DNA of 64,000 nucleotides, taken from NCBI RefSeq assembly GCF_040938485.1, contig NW_027271495.1, positions 4,030,001 to 4,094,000 of the forward strand, read 5' to 3'. The position numbers and the translations under genes are program-made. This document shows positions 1 to 10,969 of this stretch, one piece after another. Origin of the DNA: Diadema antillarum (Eukaryota). How positions within the stretch are numbered: position 1 is the first letter of the stretch; each line of letters begins with the position of its first letter. A model generated the notes under the pieces. That model made no database searches. It was given only the letters and a program-made list of their open reading frames with translations, and was not told the origin of the DNA.

Positions 1-594
1 CATACAGGCTTGAATGCTGTGAAAATGGTAAGTATGAGGATATTGTATTTTCAAATTGTTTCCTGAGCTAGGATCATCTGACCATGAAAAAAAATAATGT
101 TTTTTTTTATTCATTCTCTAATAAATGGTATCATTTATCAATCCACGAGAATGGGATTCGGGCACTAAAAGATTTAATTCATCAGAGTTAACCAAACAAT
201 GTGCTTAGAGTGCAGAATACATTGAAATAATTGTCTGTGCATTGTTGGTAATATAGATACGTTAGTTCGCACGACCTTGGCATACAAACACAGGCCTATT
301 ATGCATTTATGATCAATTTTGCCCATTCGTGTTTACGGTTCAAACTTTGTCACCTCGGCACTTACCTCAAAATGTAAATTTGTCCAACTGTAAGGTTGAT
401 AGTCATCATTACATTGACATAAAAATGAACATTTTTTTTTGTTTTTTGTGAATGAGTATTCACAGCATAGGCATAGGCCTACACGGTCTTTTACAGGGAA
501 ATATCAAGTATTCGGGAAAAGGTGGAACATATTTTACAATGGACAGTGAGTTTTTTTGGAAGCATATCATATAGAACAATGCGAAATGTCTTAC

Positions 595-829
595 TCTCTT
601 CCAGTGTTCTCACGATTATCTCATTGCTTGGATCACTTTCTGAATCTTTGTTGGCAGCAGTCACTGTAATGGTGTACTCTAGATATGGTTCTAGGTCTGT
701 CAAGATGACCTCAGTACTTGGAAATGTTTCTGGTGATTCAGATCCAGAAAAGTCTGGGATTTCTGTTGTGTAGTGGACCACATAGTTGGTAAAGCCACTT
801 CTACACTCTGCTCTATCACTGGGTGGTGC
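595..829 (-). CDS. Tie-like receptor exon: remainder of FN3 domain 2 (APPSDRAECRSGFTNYVVHY...LTDLEPYLEYTITVTAAN...VRTLEE)
   Basis: Acceptor tttcccag|GCA and donor GAGA|gtaag. 235 nt, phase 0-1. Contains the FN3 L-x-P-x-x-x-Y-x-x-x-V-x-A motif. Confidence 0.88.
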
Positions 830-2700
830 CTGGGAAATTAGTCAAGAGATCAAAATCATTGGGAAACAGTTAGGGCCTACACGACAAACTGAAGCAAACT
901 CACATGAAATGAAAATGGCACACGACTATAGTTAAAGTCTGACGTGAAGGCAGTTCCGAGAAAAAATAAAAAGGAAGATTTATTTCATACAGATAAGGGG
1001 TGTACTCACCTCAGCTGAAAGCGACACTAAACTTTGAGGCAAAAGTGGTGTCCCGTAATAAATTTCACTAGTTGCATTGTAGCTATCTCCTCATGGGCCC
1101 ACCAAACAATACGAATCCATTATTCTTCAGCTTTAGAAATATGTTGATGGAGTGATATCTGAAATTTACAGTGTCTGTGCCCCCATAAGATGTCCTTTCA
1201 CATAACAAAGCCGCCATGAAAACCATGTAGGGCCTATACTCTGCTAATGTACACATAGCATTCCCTGGAATCCCAATCAAGAAGATCCCACCAAAATTGA
1301 AGCGGAATAAATTTTGAAGAAATATCTAATTTTAGCAAGCAAGGGCAGAACATCCCTTGTGTTACTACTGAAACTTTTTGTTATTCCCCCATATTGGTAT
1401 GTTCATACAATACAACAACATAGTTTCCTACTGCATATGGAGGTGTTTAGTGGTACCAGCAGTAATTTGATCTTTTGGGCATTTCTTTGAAATTGGCCCC
1501 ATTTAAGAAGCCCATTCATTTTACAATGGATCTGAACATGGATATGTTTGAAGTTCATGCAGATTACACATGCAGATTACACAGGAAGCCTTACCTGAGG
1601 GCACCCATTAACGTTATCTGTATACCCCTGGTATACCCCCCCCCCCCCCCCTCCCCCCTTCGTGTCAAATTACCTCAAAGAATGATTCCTGCAAATTTTG
1701 GTAAAAAAAGATTTAATATGTTCTTACACAAAATGAAAAAGATGAAATGTTGATGTTGATCATAATGTGTCATACCATAAAGTCAGATCCCCTTCTTGTC
1801 AATCAGACCACAGTCGCTATAATTAGTGTCATTCTTCATCTTATAAGGAGCATCAACCCATTTTTAGGATTGGCAGTGGGAGGTAAAACTTGCAGGATAT
1901 GCCCATGGGAAAGTGAAATGACGTAGAAGGTGGAAGGTTTAGGGGAATATCCCCTCCCACAGTAGACACTACTAGCATTTGAAAATGTGCAGAGCAAGTA
2001 TGGATTACCAAGCATGGTAAATACATATCTAAATACATGACTTAACAGTGGTATTTCAAGCAGATATAGTCTGATACATTCACCTCACACAAGGGAGCTT
2101 TTGCTTTTTTAAAGTTAAATTTTAATGACCTTGTGTACATTTTGGATGGAATATTTGGAAATTTGTCAATCCATAAAAAGTAAATAAGAATGAGAATATA
2201 TCCTGGGACTATGGGACTATGTGAAAGGCAAAATTGTGGTATCTGTCATCTCTACATGCTTGCATGTGTCTTCACACGCAGTTCAGATTTGCATGCAAGT
2301 ACTAGGTGTTTCAAAAAATATTTCCCACTTTTGATTCTTGATAATACAAAAATTGTATATCAGATAACACTGTCATTGATATGAGTGATAGCTGAATAGT
2401 GTACAATTTTGTTGAATATGGTTTAGATATGAAAGCATAAATCAGTTTCATGAAATCCATGATTAATTTCACAGTTAGGTTCCAGATTTTGCTCTATTTT
2501 CAACCCTCTTTACAAGACTTTCACTTTGCACAGGGGTCAATGGGTGTGTATAGGAGTGTGTCGTTAATACCCTGACAATGGTCCTGAACAATGCCCAGGG
2601 TTTGAATGCTTCATTATTTATTCACGAGAAATTCCACTATCACAACTAGTCTTTATTCAGCCTCTGGCAGTGTCTGTGTAAAGTTAAACACCTGCCGATA

Positions 2701-3650
2701 TAGTCTAGCGGGCGACGTATTTTTAGCCTAAATCAGTGATTGGCAGTCAATAGAGGGCGCGACGATGTGGCAGTCAAGTTGGCTAAAAATCCGTCTAGTA
2801 AGAAACCTCCGAATAGAGGCGTGGAACCGGGTGTGGCAAGACAGTTGTCAGTCGTCAGCTCTCGAAGTTTTATTGGCTGAGCATCGGATGTCAATCAAAA
2901 CACGTCGCAGAGCCCGAAGAAATGCTAGTCTACTCTCCTAGGTATACTACAGATAATCTTTCAATAAAAATACAGTTTGCCTGTCTCTTTCAGCTTACTA
3001 CAGTATTTTTCATTCTTCTCCATTCTTTTTAAGGTGTATTACATCTTACCTTACTTCAAATAGAAAAGAATAATGGTATTCAGTGCAACTGACTTCAGTT
3101 GTAAATCTATGAGGGTTTTGCACGTGGAAACTACGCCCAAACTACTGCCGAATGCAAACCTTCAATTATTGGAGTAAAGTCTACTTGATATTTACTTCAA
3201 TTGTATGTTTCGGAAATGCATTTGATATCACCACTCCCCTTTATCATTTTTAACCTTGAGTTGCCATATATTTTTGTATTAAACTTTGAATGATTTTTGC
3301 TTAACATGAATAAAGCTGCCGTCAATACATCAACCCCTATATCGGAGCACCGTAGACTTTAAACAGGCATTTTCTGTCGTGTTCACGCATGATCACACTG
3401 TCACGGAAGAACTCGTCCGCGGTAACATGGGCGTCCAAGGAGAAAACAAAGAGGAGCTGCGACACAAAAAGATTCCTGCAAAGCCAAAGGCACAGGTGGA
3501 ATATGGTGCATTCTTTGCAATCATGAAATTACGAGGTCCTGGCAACAAGTAATGATAAACCGATTGAATCTGATTCACATTTCATTACAAATGCATATGA
3601 GGACATCTTTGTGGCCATTCTGTATGCATACGTATGGCTAAATTGAGTAT
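2701..3650 (+). repeat. Left terminal inverted repeat (~950 bp)
   Basis: Reverse complement of ~19340-20305. About 5 mismatches in the outer ~215 bp by eye, several at CpG sites. Identity decays inward after ~3540. Confidence 0.93.
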
Positions 3651-4189
3651 CATCAACAAGCGAACAACTGTGGTAAAATACACATACAAACACGTGTGGC
3701 TCTGCTAAATAGTCTTGTACCATTTTCGCCTGGAACCTCTCGTTAAGAGGTGAGGCGTGGTTGTTAAAATAACATTCACTTGATTCGACCTGTCAGAAAT
3801 GAATTACACTCGTATTTTCTGACAAGATTTTAGAAATGATTATGTTCCTTCATGTCCTTTCTGGGATTCATCATTCCAAGGATCGTTAATCTGATAATAG
3901 AATCAGTTTCGTTATTCCGAAAACGAAATATTCTTCTTTTAGTTACAAAATACGTTGATGTGACAGCAATAATAAAAAGGCTGAATATTATGCTGTAAAA
4001 ATTGAATGAAAACACGCACACGTACTCATGCCTACACACGTGCACACACACGCATTGACACACACAAAGACAAGCATAATGACAAACATACACAAACTAA
4101 AAAGGTCAAAAATAAAGCACTCGTGTATGTGCTGATAATCCCCTTTGAAATACGGCCCAAATCATAGATCAGCCCCTTCCCACTCTCAT

Positions 4190-5435
4190 AACTTAAATGC
4201 ATCAGACATGCAGTTGTAAACCAAGGACGACAGAAAAAGGCAGCAACGGCGACGAAATTAAATCAGCCCACAATGTGCTTAGCTAATACCTCAACTTATT
4301 TTCCACTTTGCTTAGAGTAGCAAGCTTCTGAATGTGCTTTATCAAGACGTTTTGTCCAAGACACACGTGCTTTGGATTGCAGGGGTCAAATACCTCAGAC
4401 AGTTGTAGATAAGGGGTGACGAAAGAAGGCGGCAACGGTAACGAAATCGATTCAGCCACAATATTCTTAAATAATCCATCAACTCGTAATTCAACATTGC
4501 TGAGAGTTGCATGCTTCTCAACGAGCCAAATCAAGACATTTTATCCAAGAGACGTGCCCTTTGGATGAGAGGCTCAAATACTTGAAGACGTTGTAAATAC
4601 AGGATGACGAAATATGGCAGCAGGGTGACAAAATCGATTCAGCCAACAATATGCTTAGCGAAGATATCAAATCATTCTGCCACTTTGATTAGAATTGTAT
4701 GCTTCTCAATGTGCTGTATCAAAAATTTCTCTCCAAGTGGCATGAGCTTTGAATTAGAGGGCTGAAATGCATCAGACAAGTAGACAGAAAGGGTGACGAA
4801 AAAAGGCAGCAACGTGACAAAATCGAATCAACCTACAATGTGCTATGGTAATACAGTATAATACCAATTTGCTAAGGGTTACATGCCTCTCAATGTACTA
4901 TATCAAAAATTTTCTTTTTTTTCAGGATACATGTGATTTGGATTAGAGGGCTGATATACATGACGATGTTGTAAATAAAGGGCGAAGAAAAGAGAAAAGG
5001 AGAATGCTGACGAAATCGATTCAGGCAAACAATACGCTTGAATAATACATCAAATCGTTTTACGACTATGATCGGAGTTGCATGCTTCTCAGTGTGCTTT
5101 ACAGTGCATCATGAAGTTTTCCCCCAGTGACGTGTGCTTTGCATTCTAGGGCTCAAATACATGTACATGAAACTAATTGTACATGAAGGGTGGTGAAATA
5201 AGGCAGCAATGGTGTCTAAATCGATTCAGTCCACGATACGATTAGCTAATACGTCGAATTGTTCATTTTGTTCAGAGTTGCATGTATCCCAATGAGCTTT
5301 TGATATGGGGACTCAAATGCATCAGAAAGTTGTACATAAAGGACGAAGATAAAGGCAGCAACTGTGAGAAAATTTAACTAATCCTTAATGTGGTTAGGCA
5401 GTATATCAACTCGTCATACCACTTTGCTGAGAGTT
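4190..5435 (+). repeat. ~189-bp tandem (satellite-like) array, left part, about 6-7 diverged monomers
   Basis: The motif AAGGGTGACGAAAAAAGGCAGCAACGGTGACGAAATCGATTCAGCC recurs with anchors near 4252, 4441, 4628, 4817, 5010, 5215 and 5367. Confidence 0.92.
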
Positions 5436-5601
5436 TTTTTTTTTCTTTTACAAATTTACTTATTTCCTCTTCATTATACAACATAACATACAAAATCATA
5501 TTACAAATCATGTTTTGTTTAACAAATTAACATCAACAACAACAACAACAGTAAAAGATGGGTATCAAACTCTTCAACAATTGAACAATATCCTAAAGAT
5601 A

Positions 5602-5795
5602 CAGTCAGCTCTCGTTACAATAAACTCCTTGGGCCCAGCGAAATCACCGTGATCTTGTCACTTTTGAAACCTTGCCGTATCCAGGGCGCAAATACCTCTG
5701 AATAGGAAAATTTTCAAACCCTGGGACCCCCAAAAAACTACCCCATCACGTCGGGGTTCTGCCATATGGATATTCTTTATCACGAGAGTCGACTG
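5602..5795. mobile_element. 194-bp pogo/Tigger-type MITE inside the LINE 3' UTR
   Basis: TA|CAGTCAGCTCTCGTTACAA ... TTATCACGAGAGTCGACTG|TA: imperfect TIRs with TA on both sides. Confidence 0.75.
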
Positions 5796-5814
5796 TATGT
5801 TCTTCTACAATGAC

Positions 5815-8800
5815 CTAAAAAATATTTTCTACAGGGGACCATTTCTTATAATGAAAATTTAATTTGTTTGTTCGTTTTGCAATGTTGGATTCTATATATC
5901 GGATATTAACAATAAATGCTGTCAATCCATGAAATTTCACACCTGTATCTTTGCATCTCTGAATATATATGTACCTTTTGTATAACAATATTAAATGATT
6001 CAATAAACTCCTGTGGGGCCCTTTCCAGTCTTTGATGAATCCAAACATTACTCTAATTCTTGTACAATCCTCTAATTTGACATGAAAGATCGTACCAATT
6101 TCATCCACAAATTTTTGAAGTAATTCTTTGGCAGCTTTACAATAAAAAAACAGATGTACAGGGGTCTCAGCACATGACTTACAAAGCGTACACAACTCTG
6201 ATTCTGATATTTTCATCTTAAACAATCTTTCATTTGTGTAAAGTATATTATGCGACAACTTGAACTGAAATTCTCTCAATTTTACTTCAATTGTACATGT
6301 AAATGGCAACATATATATTTGTGTCCAATCTTCTGGTTGAATTCCATACTTGCCAGCAAAAACTGTTTCGCAAACAGGTCTTGATTTAATCTCTTTTAAA
6401 AATTCCTCATATATTGGTTTTGATTTCACATTTTGTAACTGTGAAATAATAAGATCCTTTTGTTTTTGAGCCACTTCTTCTTTCCAAAACATCTCCAATA
6501 GGAGTGTATTGAAGGAACATTTCGAGTATTTTTGAACAGAGTCTACAATTGCCATATACATCATATTATATTTGCTTGGCACTCCTTTCCTTAACCAAAA
6601 TTCAAAATCAATGAGCCGTCCATCAATACTAAATATTTGATATATATAACATAAACCTGCTTCAAAAAACGGGCTGCAGAATATTGAGTGCTTATCAATC
6701 AAAATATTCTGGTTATTCCATACTGGTTGTTGTAGGATGTCTGCTTGGCTATTTTCATCACCAATACAATCCTCATGTATGTTTGTCTTTAACCATATTT
6801 GTAGAATATTCTCATAGAATGGAGGGATACCCCTCTTATCAATAGTTTCAAGGGAATAATTACTTTGAAACACTAGAATTCCACCAAGCCTTTTTAAGAA
6901 ATAATCTCCCAATAGCACCCATTGATGGTTACGATTTCCATAATATCTTTTAACCCACTTAACTAACTGCGTATCAATCATACATTGTAAATTGGGGAAT
7001 TTGAGACCACCCTCAGCATATTGTGCATACATAGTTGACCTTGAAATCTTATCTGGGCCATTCCATAAAAATGAAAACATTAACTTCTCTACTTCTTTCA
7101 CAAAATCTTGAGGAATTTCAATGTTTGACATCAAATAAATTATCTTAGACATAATAAATGTTTTCAAAATTTGAATTTTACCAATTAACGTTAAATTACG
7201 ATTCTTCCAAATAAAAAATGTTCTCTTAATCTCACCCAATCGATCTTCAAAGTTTCTTCGGATTGCTTCTTTTTTGTCATATGAAAACCAGATTCCAAGA
7301 ATTCTAAGACCATTGTCTGTCCACTTTATCATCTGTGGCTTTTCTTTCGATAGTCTATCATTTCCTATCCACATTCCTTCTGATTTGCTTCGGTTGAGGC
7401 AAAGGCCTGATATCTCAGAAAATTCTTGAAAGCTTTCTAGTAATACTGATAATGATTCTGTATCCTTACAAAAACATGTTATATCATCAGCGTAAGCTGT
7501 ATATTTAATCTGTTTTCCGAGCATCTCCATTCCAATAATATTTGGATTATTTAACAATCTCATTAGATATATCTCGAGCCCTAATATGAATAAAAGGGGG
7601 GCAAGGGGGTCGCCTTGGCGAACACCCCTTCCAATTTCAAAATAACCAGTGGTAAAGCCATTTATCAATACACAGCTATTTATACCTGCATGCAATGTTC
7701 TCACCCATTGTATCATTGACGGACCAAAATTAAGACATTCTAAACACTGTAATAAATACCTATGACTGAGTGAATCAAATGCTTTGGTAAGATCTAATGC
7801 TAACACAATTCCAGATACATTGTTGGCATCTGCATAAAACATTAAATCTGAAATCAGTCTTATACCTTCACCTATATATCTGCCTTTAATAAATGCTGTT
7901 TGCTGAGGATTTATCAAATTACCAATAATTTTGGACATACGTTTCGCTAAACATTTAGAAAGTATCTTTGCATCCACATTTATTAAAGTGATTGGTCGCC
8001 AATTGCCCAATAATCTCTTATCTTTATTGGATTTAGGAATCAATTTAATTATTCCTTGCCTCTGTGACACGGACATACTTCCTTTTTCAAAAGCATGATT
8101 AAATGATCCTATTAGTTCTTTAGAAATCAAAGGCCAAAATGTCTCATAAAATTCCACCGATAAGCCATCATTACCAGGTGTTTTATTTTTTGACATCCCA
8201 AGGAGGACTTCCCTTGCCTCTTCATGTGTTATCAGGCCTTCACAAGAGGCCTTTTCATCTTCCGTGAGGTGTTTTAAGCAGGAACTTTTTATGTAATCAT
8301 AACTCACTTTGTCAGACACTGTATCCCTGTTTTCAAACTGTTTACCAAAAGATTTCATCACAAAATTTCGTATATGATGGGGATGTTCAATAAGTTCCTC
8401 ACCTGTATCTAATACATCTATGTTTGTACTCTGTGCTTGTGTCTTTTCCAATGATAAAAAATATTTTGTACTCTTCTCTCCTTTCTCGTACCAGGTACAT
8501 CTTGAACGTAATATGGCCCCCTCTGCTAAATAATTGTACATGCAGTTAAGTTCCTGTTCAATTTTCTCTTTCTTATCCCATTTTTGCTCATTCATTTCTG
8601 TCGGGTCCATGTCATTTATTATTTTCAATTCTTGTTCTAATTCTTTTCTTCTAATTTCTTTTATATTTTTCTTCCTTTTAGAAAATGTGATTGTAAATTC
8701 TCGTATTTTGAATTTTAACCAATCCCATAATTTTCCTTTATCATTTTTATCTTCCCATTCATTTACCCACATCTCATAATGTCCCTTTAAATTTTCAACA

Positions 8801-9597
8801 TACTCAACATCACTAAGTAAACTGTTATTAAACTTCCAATAAGATGGGCCCACAGTGTACTCTTTAATTCTCAGATGTAAATTCACAAAATCATGATCTG
8901 ACAAAACACAGGGGACCATATCACAATCTGTCACCATATTTTGTACAGACTCATGGATTAACCAGAAATCCAGTCTTGACTGAACACAAGGATTGGAGCG
9001 TCTCCAAGTAAATCGTCTTAATAACGGGTTCTTGTCTCTCCAGATATCTATTACATGATAAACATTTTTAATATTTTCTATTATTTCACAAGAGTGCTTC
9101 CAAGTGGACTTCATATTACCGCCCTCTCGGTCCAATGCCAAATTTTGAATAAAATTAAAATCTCCCCCTATTAATATTGTCTGTTCAGCATCATAATATT
9201 CTTGTATAGTCAAGTCTACAGCTTTAAAAAAATGCATGTGATCTTTTTCATTATTTGGTGCATATACATTACATATCATAAATTTTTTTCCATATACTTC
9301 CATTTTAACCAACAAAAATCTCCCGTTAGAATCTTTCACTGTCTCTATCAATTTTATATGTGGGGTTTTCCGAAATATGATACACACTCCCCTACTAGAG
9401 GAGGTTCCATGACTGAATACAATATCGGCTCTTAATTGGTTCTTCCATAAACTTTCATCCTTATCAGTCGAATGGGTTTCCTGTAATAAAATAATATCCT
9501 TTTTTAATTTGGATAAAAAACAAAAATATTTTTTCCTGGCTTTAAAGTCCCCTAGCCCATTAACATTATGGGTCATTAACTTCAGATCCTTATACAT
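5815..9597 (-). CDS. LINE ORF2: APE endonuclease, reverse transcriptase and C-terminal Cys-rich zinc-binding domain (1260 aa)
   Basis: Motifs THNVNGL, LLQETH, GGDFN, SRLDFW, SDH, GVRQGDPLAP, YADD and CTLCKSCAETPVHLFFYC. The ORF is uninterrupted. Confidence 0.96.
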   Translation of the reverse strand: MYKDLKLMTHNVNGLGDFKARKKYFCFLSKLKKDIILLQETHSTDKDESLWKNQLRADIVFSHGTSSSRGVCIIFRKTPHIKLIETVKDSNGRFLLVKMEVYGKKFMICNVYAPNNEKDHMHFFKAVDLTIQEYYDAEQTILIGGDFNFIQNLALDREGGNMKSTWKHSCEIIENIKNVYHVIDIWRDKNPLLRRFTWRRSNPCVQSRLDFWLIHESVQNMVTDCDMVPCVLSDHDFVNLHLRIKEYTVGPSYWKFNNSLLSDVEYVENLKGHYEMWVNEWEDKNDKGKLWDWLKFKIREFTITFSKRKKNIKEIRRKELEQELKIINDMDPTEMNEQKWDKKEKIEQELNCMYNYLAEGAILRSRCTWYEKGEKSTKYFLSLEKTQAQSTNIDVLDTGEELIEHPHHIRNFVMKSFGKQFENRDTVSDKVSYDYIKSSCLKHLTEDEKASCEGLITHEEAREVLLGMSKNKTPGNDGLSVEFYETFWPLISKELIGSFNHAFEKGSMSVSQRQGIIKLIPKSNKDKRLLGNWRPITLINVDAKILSKCLAKRMSKIIGNLINPQQTAFIKGRYIGEGIRLISDLMFYADANNVSGIVLALDLTKAFDSLSHRYLLQCLECLNFGPSMIQWVRTLHAGINSCVLINGFTTGYFEIGRGVRQGDPLAPLLFILGLEIYLMRLLNNPNIIGMEMLGKQIKYTAYADDITCFCKDTESLSVLLESFQEFSEISGLCLNRSKSEGMWIGNDRLSKEKPQMIKWTDNGLRILGIWFSYDKKEAIRRNFEDRLGEIKRTFFIWKNRNLTLIGKIQILKTFIMSKIIYLMSNIEIPQDFVKEVEKLMFSFLWNGPDKISRSTMYAQYAEGGLKFPNLQCMIDTQLVKWVKRYYGNRNHQWVLLGDYFLKRLGGILVFQSNYSLETIDKRGIPPFYENILQIWLKTNIHEDCIGDENSQADILQQPVWNNQNILIDKHSIFCSPFFEAGLCYIYQIFSIDGRLIDFEFWLRKGVPSKYNMMYMAIVDSVQKYSKCSFNTLLLEMFWKEEVAQKQKDLIISQLQNVKSKPIYEEFLKEIKSRPVCETVFAGKYGIQPEDWTQIYMLPFTCTIEVKLREFQFKLSHNILYTNERLFKMKISESELCTLCKSCAETPVHLFFYCKAAKELLQKFVDEIGTIFHVKLEDCTRIRVMFGFIKDWKGPHRSLLNHLILLYKRYIYIQRCKDTGVKFHGLTAFIVNIRYIESNIAKRTNKLNFHYKKWSPVENIF

Positions 9598-9976
9598 ATT
9601 TCACAAGTAGGTAACCTTGTAAATTCTTATGACCCACCATGATCAAGACAAAACAGACAACAAAACATTGGCAATGAAAAAAACACACATACAATTTGCA
9701 TGAAATCGAATAAAACATGATCACAAGGAATCCAAGTGCCCCTGGGCATCTTCACAGTTATTTTTTCCTCAGGTTGGCAAAAACAAATGATTTTCCTTAT
9801 CACTTAATCACATGAAAAGTGTATCTTGTCTTCGGAGATATCAACTGTTAATATACTGCTGGCATGACAGGGTGCCGACTGCTGAGCTATCGCAGTCGTG
9901 TCAAGAGTTTTTCAAAGTATTTCGTATTTTGTTAGACCATTGTCTACTGTGCAAAAGCAAACTGCCAATATCCATT

Positions 9977-10969
9977 CTATCTTGTGGTGTGCTGCTTGTA
10001 CTCCACTTCTTTTCCGCTCTCAGTCTCCCTGTAAAACAATCGCGCCGGATATTTGAAGTACACCTTTCGCTTTGGGTCCTCCTCTTTCAGCTTTCGTTTC
10101 AGTGGCAGCAATTTCCTCCTGCTTTCTCGCACTTCTACCGGCAGCATCTCATCGACAAATATCTGGTGATCCTTTCCGTTGTGCTGAAAAGGCCTCTCCT
10201 TCAAATATCTGCGGGCACTGCTGATCACTGTTTGTCTGGTTGTGTATCTACTGAAAGCTACCACAACTGGGCGAGGAGGGCCGGGTTTTGGCCTGATGCG
10301 GCCTGTGCGATGAGCTCTTTCAATGCTCACTTCACCTTCCATTTGCATATTTGACTTGGCAAATTCTTTGATCAATTGCTCACACTTCCCAGCGTTTTCA
10401 GCACCTTCAGGAAACCCGTAAAACACAGCCGTATTCCTCATCTCTCTCGCAGTGAGGTCAACAAGACGCTCTCTCAATTTCATATTCTCCTTTTCTTGCT
10501 TGTTTACTTGGTCCTGTAACTGTTTGATATCAAAACGGCACGACTCTTGCTCCTCTTTCAAGTTACTGATTTCTTTCTCATTTGTTTCAATCTTACCAAG
10601 AGCTGTGTCCAACCTGGATGTGAGATTGGAGTTCATTTCGTCTATCTTGTGGATAAGGGCCGCGAGTAGTTCATCTGTGGTTGACTTCTCCCCGTCTACT
10701 CGTCGTTTTTTCTCAAGCGAGGAGCGTGGAGGTGATTCCGCCGACGCGCCCGGGCTGGTTCCCTCCATATCTCGGTGAAGTGGTTTCACTACCGTGTGCA
10801 CTGCCGAGTCAGTTAAGCCGTGTGCATTATCACTGTCACTGTGTTCTTGCGTAGCCTTCTCCGTAGTAGCGTCGCTAAAATCCATCTTAGGGTCAAAATC
10901 CTCCTTTTCCTTGAAATAATGGGAGATTGTAACGACTCCTTGTTCTAAGCTCCTTTTTCTCGATGTCAT
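9977..10969 (-). CDS. LINE ORF1: L1-type coiled coil, RRM and CTD RNA-binding protein (330 aa)
   Basis: A heptad-rich region followed by REMRNTAVFYGFPEG, IERAHR, PRPVVVAF and YPARL, typical of L1 ORF1p. Confidence 0.9.
   Translation of the reverse strand: MTSRKRSLEQGVVTISHYFKEKEDFDPKMDFSDATTEKATQEHSDSDNAHGLTDSAVHTVVKPLHRDMEGTSPGASAESPPRSSLEKKRRVDGEKSTTDELLAALIHKIDEMNSNLTSRLDTALGKIETNEKEISNLKEEQESCRFDIKQLQDQVNKQEKENMKLRERLVDLTAREMRNTAVFYGFPEGAENAGKCEQLIKEFAKSNMQMEGEVSIERAHRTGRIRPKPGPPRPVVVAFSRYTTRQTVISSARRYLKERPFQHNGKDHQIFVDEMLPVEVRESRRKLLPLKRKLKEEDPKRKVYFKYPARLFYRETESGKEVEYKQHTTR

Noticed and set aside
1083-2100. Short ORFs in the intron near the left edge as extra receptor exons
   Set aside because: They show no domain pattern, and exons 22996-23066 and 595-829 already form one complete FN3 domain in frame.
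9812-10354. 180-aa antisense ORF in the LINE (ORF0-like)
   Set aside because: It mostly shadows ORF1 on the opposite strand, has no recognisable motifs, and is not in the 5' UTR position of primate ORF0.
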